DNA of 64,000 bases from Thermodesulfobacteriota bacterium (GTDB taxonomy: Bacteria; Desulfobacterota; Desulfobulbia; Desulfobulbales; SURF-16), in assembly GCA_040755455.1 (NCBI GenBank), contig JBFMAY010000001.1:32001-96000 (forward strand), written 5' to 3'. Both the position numbers and the translations under genes were made by a program. Below the pieces are notes generated by a model, which was not told the DNA's origin, did not search any database, and was given only the letters and a program-made list of their open reading frames with translations. Of the stretch, positions 38,063 through 48,285 are shown piece by piece (position 1 is the stretch's first letter; the number at the start of each line of letters is the position of its first letter).

Positions 38063-39241
38063 TCAGAACCCGCCCCGCCCGCCGCCATGGTAGTGGCAGT
38101 TGTAGCAGGTGCCTCTATTCCATGCGTGTGTTGCCCGGGTATGGCAGGCGTTATAGCAGAGGCTCTGCCATGAGGTGTTGGTGGTGTCGGTTGTCGTGAT
38201 CGCCGCCTTGTTGATCGATCTCCTGATCAGAAAAATATTGTTTGGTACGCCGTGGGGCTCGTGGCAGTCCGTGCAGTTCAAGGTCATGGTGGTGCCGCTG
38301 GTATAGGGGCCCCGGGCATAGGCAATCGTGTCGCCGTCAAGTTCGCCGTGGCCGTCCGGGTTGACCCCGGCCGCGGCGGTTTCCCAGCTCAGCTTCCTGA
38401 TGGCCCGCGGGGTGCCGGGCAGGCGCGGATTGGTGCTGTTGATGGTGTTGTATTCATTATGGCAGTCCGTGCAGAGCCTGACGTAATTGGGCAGATTGGA
38501 GCCGTCCGAGGTGGCGCTGTTGGCCGGCTCATGGTTGGTCGAGCCCCACCAGTACGGAGACATGTAGTCGCTGTAGGCGGCGTTCATCCTCTCCGAGGCA
38601 TCGTCTCCAAACCTGTTGTCGTGATCGCTGGGCCGTGAGATGGCTGATTTGGCCGCATCAAAGGGGGAATTGACATTGCGCTGGGCTATATGGGGATTGT
38701 GGCAGGCATCGCAGGGGTTGATGCCCGCCGGCAGGGACCAGGAGGTCCCTGCGGCGTTTTTCAGGGTTTTGCCCAGTATCTGGCTGACGAAATCCGGCAG
38801 GTAATGGGAGGAGCCGGACATTCCCGCGGCATGGCTGAAGGCGGCTTTGATGTCGCTGTCGTAGGAGCCGGCGGATGTGTAGCCGCCGAAGTTGTAGCTG
38901 TAGCTTTTGTTGAGTGAGATGCCGCCGGTCTGGTAACCGCCCGACTGATGGCAGTCAAAGCAGAAGTTTTCCGTCTGACTGGTCTGGTTGGTATCAAAGA
39001 GCAGGTAGTCGCTCGCCTCCCCCCCGACCGGAACAGGTTCTTCCCCTCCGATGCTGGCATGTTGCTCGTGACAGTGGGCACAGTTCCCCTGGGCGTAGCC
39101 GAGGGCGCTGGTGCTGGTGCGCTTGACGCCGTAGGAGGAACTGCCGTGGGCCGAGATGAGGTAGTCGCCGGCCCAGGCTGGCCCGAAAGGCGGAAGGAGT
39201 AAGCAGGCAGCGGGAATAATGAGTCGCAGGTACGATTTCAT
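38063..39241 (-). CDS. Multiheme c-type cytochrome (6 CXXCH + 1 CX3CH)
   Basis: CAHCH, CFDCH, CDACH, CTDCH twice, CYNACH, CYNCH; signal peptide; AGGAG upstream. Confidence 0.9.
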   Translation of the reverse strand: MKSYLRLIIPAACLLLPPFGPAWAGDYLISAHGSSSYGVKRTSTSALGYAQGNCAHCHEQHASIGGEEPVPVGGEASDYLLFDTNQTSQTENFCFDCHQSGGYQTGGISLNKSYSYNFGGYTSAGSYDSDIKAAFSHAAGMSGSSHYLPDFVSQILGKTLKNAAGTSWSLPAGINPCDACHNPHIAQRNVNSPFDAAKSAISRPSDHDNRFGDDASERMNAAYSDYMSPYWWGSTNHEPANSATSDGSNLPNYVRLCTDCHNEYNTINSTNPRLPGTPRAIRKLSWETAAAGVNPDGHGELDGDTIAYARGPYTSGTTMTLNCTDCHEPHGVPNNIFLIRRSINKAAITTTDTTNTSWQSLCYNACHTRATHAWNRGTCYNCHYHGGGRGGF

Positions 39242-39586
39242 ATGATTGTTAGGTCTCCTGGTCTAGGAAAGCAATCTAACCGCATGATCAACGAGAGCAT
39301 AATGCGCCAATGTCAATTGCCAATTATAACTTCATATTATATTGAATCCGGAACGGTAAGCAAATTATTTTTTTCAGCCGTGGAACCGGTTGTGAATTTC
39401 GATATGCCTGTCCGATAAAAGATGTCTATTGCGGCTTAACTATTTGAAAAATCTTGTTGTATTGATGAGTTATTTGTGATTGTTGAAGAGGAGAGAGTAT
39501 TCAGAATTTGCTTGGCGGGAAGACAAAGAAAGGGCGGGGAGATGGCGCAGGACAACAGCAGGGTTGGCTGAGATGGAGGCTGTCCC

Positions 39587-39685
39587 TTACTTGCCGGGGC
39601 CGAGGGTGCGGATCAGGCAATAGATAAGGAGGGCAAGGATCGTGCCCCAGCTGAGCCCCATGAACAGCCAGCCGCTAAGCAGCAT
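39587..39685 (-). CDS. 32-aa single-TM protein, putative small subunit of the NSS transporter (MetS-like)
   Basis: MLLSGWLFMGLSWGTILALLIYCLIRTLGPGK; G-rich RBS; overlaps the NSS stop codon; below the ORF-track cutoff. Confidence 0.7.
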   Translation of the reverse strand: MLLSGWLFMGLSWGTILALLIYCLIRTLGPGK

Positions 39686-41231
39686 ACTCCCCCCTCATTT
39701 TGCGCCGTTTCCAGCTCTGGCGCACCAAGATCATCAGCACCAGAAAGAGCAGCACAAGCCCCAGCCTGGTGCTTAAGACAAAGGGCAGGTCCGCGCCGCT
39801 TACCCCTTTCAGCAGCATGACCGGCAGCCAGTCCTCCACCAGCCAGAAGCCCAGGATGCAGAGCAGGAAGAGGGGCGTCACATATTTGATGATAAAACGG
39901 TAGAAGCGGGGAATGGTGATGTCCGAGCCGGCGTGCAGCTCAGTCCAGGCCCGGTCCATGCCGAAGACCCAGGCGAAAAGAATGGTCTCGATGGTGGCGA
40001 ACACCACGAGGAAAAAGGAGCCGCCCCAGAAATCAAGTTCATCCACCACGCCCCGGCCGAGAAAGAAAATGGCGGGCTGGGTGAGGACAAAGGTGACGGC
40101 CATGAAGATCAGTACCGCCCGGCGGCGGGAGAGGTTGAACTCGTCCATCAGAAAGGCGACAGCCGGCTGGCCCAGGGAAATGGACGAGGTAATGCCGGCG
40201 ATGAAGAGCAGAAAGAACCAGGCAAAGCCGAAGAGGTTGCCGAAGGCCAGCTTCTGCAGGACGAGCGGCATGGTGACGAAACCGAGGTTGAACACCCCGC
40301 CCTTGGCAATGGAGGCCATGGCATCGGCGCCGAAAAAGGCGAAGGCGGCAGGGATCACCAGGCTGCCGCCCAGGATCACCTCGGCGAACTCATTGGCTGC
40401 GGCGGCGGTGAGGCCGGACAGGGCCACGTCGTCGTTTTTATTGAGGTAGCTGGCGTAGGTGAGGATGACGCCGATGCCGCAGCTCAGGGTAAAGAAGACC
40501 TGGCCCGCGGCGGCCAGCCACACCCTGGAGCTTTTCAGCGCCGACCAGTCGGGATTCCAGATGTAGCCGAGGCCGCTGATCACGTTATTTTCCGGCTGGG
40601 CGGCATCAGGCGTGCCCAGCAGGAAGACCCGGACCACCAGAATGATGGCGAGCAGCAGCAGGACCGGCACGCCGTATTTGCAGACCCGCTCGATCCCCCC
40701 ATGAATCCCGTAGAAGAGAACCAGGCCGTTCAGTACAAAGGTGACGGCGTAGAAGAGATAGGCGGTGCCGAGGCCGGAGAAGTACTCATTGTGCACGATG
40801 CCCTGATAGCCGTGCAGGAAGGCCACCATGCCCTCGCTGGTGGCGCAGGCGTTGTAGCGGCCGGTGAGGGCGAACAGGCTGTAGCCCAGCAGCCAGGACT
40901 CGATATAGACGTAGTAGAGATAGATGACAATGGGGCCGAAGATGCCGATCACGCCGAAGTATTTGATGAAGCGGTTCTTCTCCCACATGGAGTGGAACAT
41001 GCCCGGCGCGGTGCTGTGGCCAAACCCCCCGCCGAAGCGGCCAATGGTCCACTCGATCCACATGAGGGGCAGGCCGAGCAGCAGCAGGGAAACGAAATAG
41101 GGGATCATGAACGCCCCGCCGCCGTTCTGCGCCACCTGGCCGGGAAAGCGCAAAAAATTGCCCAGGCCGATGGCGCTGCCCGCCACCGCCATGATCACGC
41201 CGATCGTGCTTGCCCACTTTTCCCGTGCCAT
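39675..41231 (-). CDS. Sodium-dependent transporter, NSS/SNF (LeuT-like) family
   Basis: GSAIGLGNFLRFP, GGGAFMIPY, AAGQVFFTLS. Confidence 0.95.
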   Translation of the reverse strand: MAREKWASTIGVIMAVAGSAIGLGNFLRFPGQVAQNGGGAFMIPYFVSLLLLGLPLMWIEWTIGRFGGGFGHSTAPGMFHSMWEKNRFIKYFGVIGIFGPIVIYLYYVYIESWLLGYSLFALTGRYNACATSEGMVAFLHGYQGIVHNEYFSGLGTAYLFYAVTFVLNGLVLFYGIHGGIERVCKYGVPVLLLLAIILVVRVFLLGTPDAAQPENNVISGLGYIWNPDWSALKSSRVWLAAAGQVFFTLSCGIGVILTYASYLNKNDDVALSGLTAAAANEFAEVILGGSLVIPAAFAFFGADAMASIAKGGVFNLGFVTMPLVLQKLAFGNLFGFAWFFLLFIAGITSSISLGQPAVAFLMDEFNLSRRRAVLIFMAVTFVLTQPAIFFLGRGVVDELDFWGGSFFLVVFATIETILFAWVFGMDRAWTELHAGSDITIPRFYRFIIKYVTPLFLLCILGFWLVEDWLPVMLLKGVSGADLPFVLSTRLGLVLLFLVLMILVRQSWKRRKMRGEYAA

Positions 41232-41394
41232 AGGCGACTTGTAAAAAAAGGAAATGTTTAACCGCTGGAACGTTTAATCGTTAAAGGCGGATGTACCACG
41301 CACACGGGAAAAATGCAACTGTCGGCAGGGGCAAAATCACCGCCGGTGCGGCAAGGACGTAGGCACGGGGGCAATGTTTGTCAGCCGGTTTCCA

Positions 41395-41422
41395 TTGACA
41401 TATTGCGCCATGGGTATATGTT
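41395..41422 (+). promoter_or_regulatory. Putative sigma-70 promoter
   Basis: TTGACA-N16-TATGTT upstream of the ACT gene. Confidence 0.45.
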
Positions 41423-41490
41423 TGGGTATGATTCTGTTTGCGCAGCGATTGGTAAAGACAATGAGAATGTATGGCAAATAAGGAAAAATA

Positions 41491-41778
41491 ATGGGAAAAA
41501 ATAGAAAAAGCATCGTGGTGACCGTCATCGGCAAGGATGAGGTCGGCATCGTGGCGAAAATTGCCACGGCCCTTGCCGGGAACAACATCAACATCATCGA
41601 CATCAACCAGAAGATTCTCGGTGATGAGATCTTTGCCATGACCCTGCTGGCCGACCGGGTGAACTCCGGCCTTGCCCTGCCCGAGATTACCGCCAGGCTC
41701 AAGGAGTCGGTCAAGGACATGGCCCTCAATGTCACGGTGCAGGATGCGGAAGTTTTTCAATACATGCACAGGGTGTAG
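41491..41778 (+). CDS. ACT domain protein (UPF0237)
   Basis: VTVIGKDEVGIVA, NIIDINQ, FQYMHRV; typical partner of DUF711. Confidence 0.88.
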   Translation: MGKNRKSIVVTVIGKDEVGIVAKIATALAGNNINIIDINQKILGDEIFAMTLLADRVNSGLALPEITARLKESVKDMALNVTVQDAEVFQYMHRV

Positions 41779-41787
41779 GGACCGGCA

Positions 41788-43152
41788 ATGAAATTTTCCA
41801 ATGAAGAGATCCTTGAAACCATTGGGATGATTGCCGAGGGGAAGCTGGACATCAGGACCGTGACCCTCGGCATCTCCCTGCTTGACTGCTCAGACCCCAA
41901 TCCCAGGGCCTGTGCCGGCAAGGTCCGCGAAAAAATTCTGGCCAGGGGTGAAAAGCTGAGCGAGAAGGCGGATTTTGTCGCCAACGAATACGGCCTGCCC
42001 ATTGTCAACAAACGCATCAGTCTGACCCCGCTTTCCCTGGTGGTGCCCGTGGCCGACCCCGCCGCCTTCATGGAGGTTGCCCGGGCCGTGGACCGGGCGG
42101 GAGAGGAGATCGGCGTCAACTTCGTGGGCGGCTACACCGCCCTGATCCAGAAGGGCGAAACCGCCATTGACCGGGCGCTGATCGCGGCCATGCCCGAGGT
42201 TCTCGCCGCCACCCAGCGTTTTTGCGCCTCCGTGGTGCTGGCCACCACCAGGGCCGGGATCAACATGGATGGCTGCCGCACCATGGGCCGGGTCATAAAG
42301 GATATCGCCGCCCGCACCGCGGAGCAGGACGGCATCGGTTGTGCCAAGCTGGTGCTTTTTGCCAACCCGGTGGAGGACAACCCCTTCATGGCCGGGGCGT
42401 ACTATGGCACCGGCGAGAGCGAAAGCTCCATCCTGGTCGGGGTAAGCGGCCCCGGCGTCATCCGGCGGGCCATCGAAAATCTCGGCTCCGCCGCCGACCT
42501 TGGCCAGGTGGCCGAGGCGATTAAAAAGAGCGCCTTCAAGATCACCCGGGCCGGGGAGTTGGTCGGCAAGGAGATGGCCAGGCAGCTGGGCGTCTCCTTC
42601 GGCAACCTCGACCTGTCGCTTGCGCCCACGCCGGCCGAGGGCGATTCGGTGGGCCAGGTGCTGGAGGCCATGGGGCTTGCCATGCCTGGGGCGCCCGGCT
42701 CAACCGCCGCCCTGATGATGCTCAACGATGCGGTAAAAAAAGGCGGGCTGTTCGCCTCCTCCTCGGTGGGCGGCCTCTCCGGCGCCTTTATTCCGGTGAG
42801 CGAGGATGCCTCGATGATCGAAGCGGCCAAGGTCGGGGCGATCACCATTGAAAAGCTCGAGGCCATGACCAGCGTCTGCTCGGTGGGGCTCGACATGATA
42901 GCGGTCCCGGGCGCCACCAGCGCCGAGACCCTGGCTGCCGTCATCGCTGATGAGATGGCCATCGGCTGCGCCAACAACAAGACCACGGCGGTGCGGATTA
43001 TCCCCGCCCCGGGCAAGGATATCGGCGATTTCGTCCACTTTGGCGGCCTGCTCGGCGAGGCCCCGATCATGGCGGTCAGCCGGATTTCCGCCGATAATTT
43101 TGTCAGGCGGGGCGGACGCATTCCCGCGCCGCTGCAGTCCCTGAAGAACTAG
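41788..43152 (+). CDS. DUF711/UPF0210 (PFL-like) family protein
   Basis: LDIRTVTLGISL, DNPFMAGA, GGLSGAFIPVSED, CSVGLDM. Confidence 0.9.
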   Translation: MKFSNEEILETIGMIAEGKLDIRTVTLGISLLDCSDPNPRACAGKVREKILARGEKLSEKADFVANEYGLPIVNKRISLTPLSLVVPVADPAAFMEVARAVDRAGEEIGVNFVGGYTALIQKGETAIDRALIAAMPEVLAATQRFCASVVLATTRAGINMDGCRTMGRVIKDIAARTAEQDGIGCAKLVLFANPVEDNPFMAGAYYGTGESESSILVGVSGPGVIRRAIENLGSAADLGQVAEAIKKSAFKITRAGELVGKEMARQLGVSFGNLDLSLAPTPAEGDSVGQVLEAMGLAMPGAPGSTAALMMLNDAVKKGGLFASSSVGGLSGAFIPVSEDASMIEAAKVGAITIEKLEAMTSVCSVGLDMIAVPGATSAETLAAVIADEMAIGCANNKTTAVRIIPAPGKDIGDFVHFGGLLGEAPIMAVSRISADNFVRRGGRIPAPLQSLKN

Positions 43153-43189
43153 CCGACTGCCGGGCATAAGACGGTTCGGCCAGAGGTGT

Positions 43190-44266
43190 TTACGGCAGCG
43201 GTTCCGTGGTGTAGGCGACGTCGGCCTGCTCCGAGGTATAAGGGGGCATGGTCTTGCCGGCCCTGACGTCGGCCACCCAGTCGGGATTAAGCAGCATGGA
43301 CTTGCCGCTCAGGGCGATATCGGCATGCCGCAGGGCCTCCTCGGCGCTGTCCCGGTCATGGATTTTGCCGCAGATCATGATCGGCAGCTCCGTAGCCTCC
43401 CGGGTGAGCTGCGCCATGTTTTTTCCCGTGCCGAAGGCCGTTTCCCGGTAATCATAGGTGGACACCGAAATGGCGTCAACGGGCTCGGCGGCAAGCAAGC
43501 CGATCATTTCCCGCCACTCCTCCGCGCTGGCAAACAGCGAGACATCCATATCGGCAATCCCCCAGTTGGAGATTCTGAAGACCAGGATAACATCATCCGG
43601 CACCTCCTTTTTCACCGCGGCAATGATTTCACGGGCAAAGCGGAAGCGGTTGGCCGTGGAGCCGCCGTAGCCGTCGCTGCGTTTGTTGGAATAGGAGGAA
43701 AGAAACTCATTGATGAGATAGCCATGGGCGCCGTGGATCTCGATGGCCTTGAAGCCAGCGGCCACCGCCCCGCGGGCGGTTTCGGCAAATCCTCTGATGA
43801 CATGCGCGATATCAAAGGGGCTCATCTCGTCCGGCACCGGGTAGGGGGCGCCGGTCAGCGGGTTGTGCTGTTCGGGGGCAATTGTACTGGGGGCAATGAC
43901 CCGGCCCGCCGGATTGACCTCGTTCCAGCTCATGCGGCCGCAGTGGAACATCTGCATGATGGCCAGGGCCCCGGCCTGCTCAATGGCCTGCACCACCGGA
44001 CGCCAGCTGTCGATCTGCCGCTGGGTGAGGAGCCTGGCCTGGCCGGGATAGCCCTGGGCGCTTTCGTAGTCGGTGACAATGGCCTCGGTATAGACGATTG
44101 CCGCCTCGTTTCTGGCCCGGCGGATGAGAAAATCGAAGACGTCCTGCCGGGGAATGCTGTCCTTGACCGACGACATCCTGGTCATGGGCGCGACCCCGAG
44201 CCGGTTTTTTAAGGTGCGGTTCTTCAATGTAAAGGGGGTGAAGATGGTGCTGTTCGCAGAGTTCAT
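43190..44266 (-). CDS. NADH:flavin oxidoreductase (Old Yellow Enzyme family)
   Basis: APMTR, EIHGAHGYLINEFLS, NKRSDGYGG; AGGAGG before ATG 44266. Confidence 0.92.
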   Translation of the reverse strand: MNSANSTIFTPFTLKNRTLKNRLGVAPMTRMSSVKDSIPRQDVFDFLIRRARNEAAIVYTEAIVTDYESAQGYPGQARLLTQRQIDSWRPVVQAIEQAGALAIMQMFHCGRMSWNEVNPAGRVIAPSTIAPEQHNPLTGAPYPVPDEMSPFDIAHVIRGFAETARGAVAAGFKAIEIHGAHGYLINEFLSSYSNKRSDGYGGSTANRFRFAREIIAAVKKEVPDDVILVFRISNWGIADMDVSLFASAEEWREMIGLLAAEPVDAISVSTYDYRETAFGTGKNMAQLTREATELPIMICGKIHDRDSAEEALRHADIALSGKSMLLNPDWVADVRAGKTMPPYTSEQADVAYTTEPLP

Positions 44267-44286
44267 CGTGTCCTCCTGTTTGAGAG

Positions 44287-44778
44287 TTATAAGCGGTCCG
44301 CCGCTTGCAGCAGCCACTGCTCCACTTCCGCCGGCGGCGGCATGCGGCCGGAGCATTTTATGCGGCCGTTGATGATGAGGGCCGGGGTGGTGATGACGCC
44401 ATGCCGCCAGATCTCGTCGAGATCGTGGATCTGTTCAATATCGGCGGCGATATCAAGGCGCTGCATGATGTCAAAGATCATGGTGTTGAGCTGGTTGCAG
44501 ATCACGCAGCTGGGGCCCAGGATCATGATGGTGAGCTGCTGCGGGCCCTGCGCCTTGCCGCTTATGGTCATGATGTATTCCCGGCGCAGGGCCTGGCGGT
44601 AGAGGTCTGCGGCGGCGGGGGGAATATAGTTTTCCCGGCTGACGGCAGTAAAGAGAAAACCCGTGGCTGTATCCGCGCTCATTTTGCGGCTGACCGCTTG
44701 CTGCATGGCCTGCTCAAGGCCGATCAGCCCCACCGTGGCCTTGCCGATTTTTATTTTTTTTTGTCCGATTTCAGTCAT
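44287..44778 (-). CDS. Thioredoxin-like redox-active disulfide protein with N-terminal extension
   Basis: ILGPSCVIC, GVITTPALIING. Confidence 0.8.
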   Translation of the reverse strand: MTEIGQKKIKIGKATVGLIGLEQAMQQAVSRKMSADTATGFLFTAVSRENYIPPAAADLYRQALRREYIMTISGKAQGPQQLTIMILGPSCVICNQLNTMIFDIMQRLDIAADIEQIHDLDEIWRHGVITTPALIINGRIKCSGRMPPPAEVEQWLLQAADRL

Positions 44779-44917
44779 GGTGCATTCCGTAAAAAGTCTA
44801 TTTTTTTTACCACAGAGCACGCGGGGATCACGGAGATCATGATGATTGCCGCACTGCTCTCTGTGGCAGATTTTCAGTTGCGGTAAGAGCGGGCCCGCTG
44901 GATAGTTGTCGTCAATA

Positions 44918-47900
44918 TCAGAAAAGCTTCAACTGTCTGGCCTGCGGTTTTTTTCGTTTGCCCCCTTCCGTGTCCATGGTTGTCAGCAGATGGGCCGGGA
45001 TCTCGCCGAGAAAGGGCGAGGGCCTGTTTGTTTTGACGTAGGAGAGGATGAGTTTTTCTTTGGCCCGGGTCATGCCCACATAAAAGAGGCGGCGTTCCTC
45101 CTCCATATCGCAGCCCATGGACCGGCAGGGCAGCAGCCCCTCCTCCACCCCGGTGATGAAGACCACCGGGAATTCAAGTCCCTTTGCTCCATGCAGGGTC
45201 ATGAGCGATACCGCCTCGGCCCGGTCATCATAGATGGTGGCCCTGGCGTTTTCCGCCAGATGCGCGGCAAATGGCGGGAGGCTGCCGAAGGCGCCGGCAA
45301 GCTCGACAAAGCGTCTGGCAGGGGCGGACTGGGGGGCTGCGTCGAGCAGGGCAAAGACAGGGAGAAAGGCAGCGGGCAGATCGGTCTGGGCCTCCTGCTG
45401 AAAATGGCGGAGGCGATCGATGACTGACCGGAGGGCCTGGGCCGCTTTGGCCGGCAGGGGCAAGGCCTGGGCCTCGCTGAAAAAATTCTTGCTGGTGACC
45501 GCGATGCGGTTTTCAAGCAGGGTAACGCTGGCCGGGCCGATGCCCGGCAACTCCCGGCACAGGGCGAGATAATCGGCGACGCTCGCCCGGTCCGCGGCGG
45601 CAAGGGTCCAGAAGTAGAGGCCCCGCAGCTCATGGGCCATGAAAAAGGGACGGGAGCCGATGAGCTGGAAAGGGATGCCCCGCCGGGAGAGGGCCTCGAC
45701 CAGATTATCAGCCTGCCGGCCCAGGCGGTAAAGCACGCCGATGTCGCGGAAACTGCAACCTGCATCGTCACCCCGGGAGCGGCCCGAGTTGATGGAAAAG
45801 CTTGAGATGCCGCCCAGGATTTTTTCGATCTGCTTGACCACGTTTTCCGCTTCGGCCTTGCCGGATGGGGCCGGATAAAGGGTGAGGTCGCCTGCATCCT
45901 TGCCTTGCGCGACAAGGGGGGCCTCGCCCTTCACCCGGTTGTGTTCGATCACCGCTGTCGCCGCCGCAAGAATTGCTGCACCCGAGCGGTAATTGCGGGT
46001 GAGCGCCAGGCATTGGGTCTCCGCGTCGGCGGCAAACTGCAGGAAGAAACGGAGGTCGCTGCCGCGAAAGCCGTAGATCGCCTGGTTGGGATCGCCGATG
46101 GCAAAGATGCTGGCCGAGCGGGCCAAAAGGGTGACCAGCTCATACTGGCTGCGATTGACGTCCTGGAACTCATCGACAAAGAGATGGGCCACCCGGCCGC
46201 GTACCTTGCCGCTGAAGTCCGGGTCGCTTTTCAGCCGGTGCACGAACAGAGGGATGACGGCCTCCAGGTCAACGGCCTTAAGCTGCGTCAGTTCACTGAG
46301 GTAGCGGTTGATCTCATCGCTATCCCGCAGGCTGTCTGTCTCGGTCCCAAGGAAGAAGCCGGTGATGCGGCCGCTTAATCTCTTGTGCTCTGCGGCCGGT
46401 CTGTCCGGGAAGAGTCTTTTCAGCAGCATGGTCCGTTCCTCTTCGCCGACCACGGCCAGTTCCGGCGTTTCCACGCGCAGCCATTCCAGGCAGAAGCGGT
46501 GGAAGGTGCCGACAAAGACCTGCTCCGCCTGCTCGCCGGCCCGGCTCGAGAGCCTCTCCCGCATTTCGTTGGCCGCCCGGTTGGTGAAGGTGATGGCGAA
46601 GATCCGGCCGGCCTCGGCCCTGGGTACCTGCAGCAGATGGACCAGGCGGGAGACCAGGGTATGGGTCTTGCCGGTGCCCGGTCCTGCGGCAACGAGGATA
46701 CGGCCGGCCGTGCTGGCAATGGCCAGCTGCTGCTCCGGGTTATGGTCCGCTGTTTTGGGTGCGGCCGTTGGCCGGTGCTGGTACAGGGAGAGAGGGTCGG
46801 CAGGGGGAACGGTTTTTTCCTCCTTTTTTTTTCGTGCTGCCGGCGGCGGTTCGGCAAAAAGGCCCGCCTGGCCGCGCAGGCGGTTGATTTCGCCCTCGGC
46901 AAAGGCGCGGATGACGCCGAACTGGCCGTCAAAGCCGCCCTGGCGGATCACCTTGTTGGTCCTGATGCGGCCGATGGCCTCGGCCAGCAGCGGTGAGAAA
47001 GGGTTGATTTCTTCCACCGGGGTATGGAGAAAGATGTTGAACTCGGAGCCGAAACGGTTGATTGCCTTCTGGTACAGCTCAAGAACCCCTTTGCTGCCAG
47101 GCCCCTTGCCCATGATTTCGCCGATGACCTCGGGCAGGGGAATCAGGCTTTTGAAGCCCGGGCCGCTGGCCGGATAACAGGGGGTTTGCCGGTCGGCCAG
47201 ATCAAGCACCCGGTGGCTGACGCCGATGGTAAGGGGGGTGCCGCACACCGGGCAGATGCCCCGGAGTTTTTTGGTCTCCTGCGGCGCAAGGCTGACGTTG
47301 CACTTGCGGTGGCCGTCCAGGTGATACTTGCCCTCTTCCGGGAAAAACTCCATGGTGCCGCTAAAGGCTTTGCCCGGCTCTTGCAGGGCCCGCCGCATGG
47401 TGAAGAAATCAAAATCGCAGTCAAAGCGGTTTACTTCCCGGCCCAGTTTGGCCGGGGAATGGCAGTCCGAGTTGGAGATGAGGCTGAAGCGGTCCAGGGC
47501 CGAGACCAGGCGGTTCATGTCCGGGTCGGAGGAGAGGCCGGTTTCCAGGGCAAAGATGTGATGGGTGAGGTCGCCGAAACACTCCTCGATGGTATCAAAA
47601 CCCGACTTGGAACCGAACAGGGAAAACCACGGGGTCCAGATATGGGCCGGCACCAGAAAACCCTCCGGCATCTCTTCCAGCGCGATCTCGAGCAGGTCGC
47701 GGGAGTCAAGGCCCAGAATCGGCCTGCCGTCCGACTCGATATTGCCGATGGCGGCCAGCCGGCGGTTCATTTTCTCAACCGCCGCGAAATCAGGGGCAAA
47801 GAGGATGTTGTGCACCTTGCGCACCCGGTCATGCCGTTTGTAGATGGAGCTGATCTCCGCGGTCAGGATAAAGCGCACATCGATGGCCTCCGGGACTACC

Positions 47901-48130
47901 TGATTAAACGCCGCCGGCACCTTTTCATTGCGTAGCCGGTAGAAACCAGGTTCGGCCGGCATCAGTGTTTCCTTTAACTCCCGGAACCAGCCTGGATGGG
48001 TGAAATCGCCGGTGCCGATAAGGTGGATACCCTTGACCCTGGCCCAGGCGAAAAGTCCGGCCAGGTTGCTGTCCTTGCTGGTGGCCCGGGAAAAATGGGA
48101 GTGGATGTGCAGGTCGGCGAGGAATTTCAT
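44918..48130 (-). CDS. EndoQ-like PHP nuclease fused to a UvrD/Rep-type SF1 helicase
   Basis: ADLHIHS, GTGDFTHP, NSDCHS, EEGKYH, CPVCG; AGPGTGKT, DEFQD, GDPNQAIYGFRG, TLHGAKGLEF, EERRLFYVGMTRA. Confidence 0.88.
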   Translation of the reverse strand: MKFLADLHIHSHFSRATSKDSNLAGLFAWARVKGIHLIGTGDFTHPGWFRELKETLMPAEPGFYRLRNEKVPAAFNQVVPEAIDVRFILTAEISSIYKRHDRVRKVHNILFAPDFAAVEKMNRRLAAIGNIESDGRPILGLDSRDLLEIALEEMPEGFLVPAHIWTPWFSLFGSKSGFDTIEECFGDLTHHIFALETGLSSDPDMNRLVSALDRFSLISNSDCHSPAKLGREVNRFDCDFDFFTMRRALQEPGKAFSGTMEFFPEEGKYHLDGHRKCNVSLAPQETKKLRGICPVCGTPLTIGVSHRVLDLADRQTPCYPASGPGFKSLIPLPEVIGEIMGKGPGSKGVLELYQKAINRFGSEFNIFLHTPVEEINPFSPLLAEAIGRIRTNKVIRQGGFDGQFGVIRAFAEGEINRLRGQAGLFAEPPPAARKKKEEKTVPPADPLSLYQHRPTAAPKTADHNPEQQLAIASTAGRILVAAGPGTGKTHTLVSRLVHLLQVPRAEAGRIFAITFTNRAANEMRERLSSRAGEQAEQVFVGTFHRFCLEWLRVETPELAVVGEEERTMLLKRLFPDRPAAEHKRLSGRITGFFLGTETDSLRDSDEINRYLSELTQLKAVDLEAVIPLFVHRLKSDPDFSGKVRGRVAHLFVDEFQDVNRSQYELVTLLARSASIFAIGDPNQAIYGFRGSDLRFFLQFAADAETQCLALTRNYRSGAAILAAATAVIEHNRVKGEAPLVAQGKDAGDLTLYPAPSGKAEAENVVKQIEKILGGISSFSINSGRSRGDDAGCSFRDIGVLYRLGRQADNLVEALSRRGIPFQLIGSRPFFMAHELRGLYFWTLAAADRASVADYLALCRELPGIGPASVTLLENRIAVTSKNFFSEAQALPLPAKAAQALRSVIDRLRHFQQEAQTDLPAAFLPVFALLDAAPQSAPARRFVELAGAFGSLPPFAAHLAENARATIYDDRAEAVSLMTLHGAKGLEFPVVFITGVEEGLLPCRSMGCDMEEERRLFYVGMTRAKEKLILSYVKTNRPSPFLGEIPAHLLTTMDTEGGKRKKPQARQLKLF

Positions 48131-48285
48131 GGCATTGTTGTTTTGACATTCATTGAAAGCGGAATTACTGTATTCACCTAACATAATCAAAATTGTCTGC
48201 CACGTAAAAAGGTATTTCACGGGTCACTCCAACTACTTTACCACGTTATGGGTTTCGAACTTAGCATAAATAAAGGGGATGCAAC

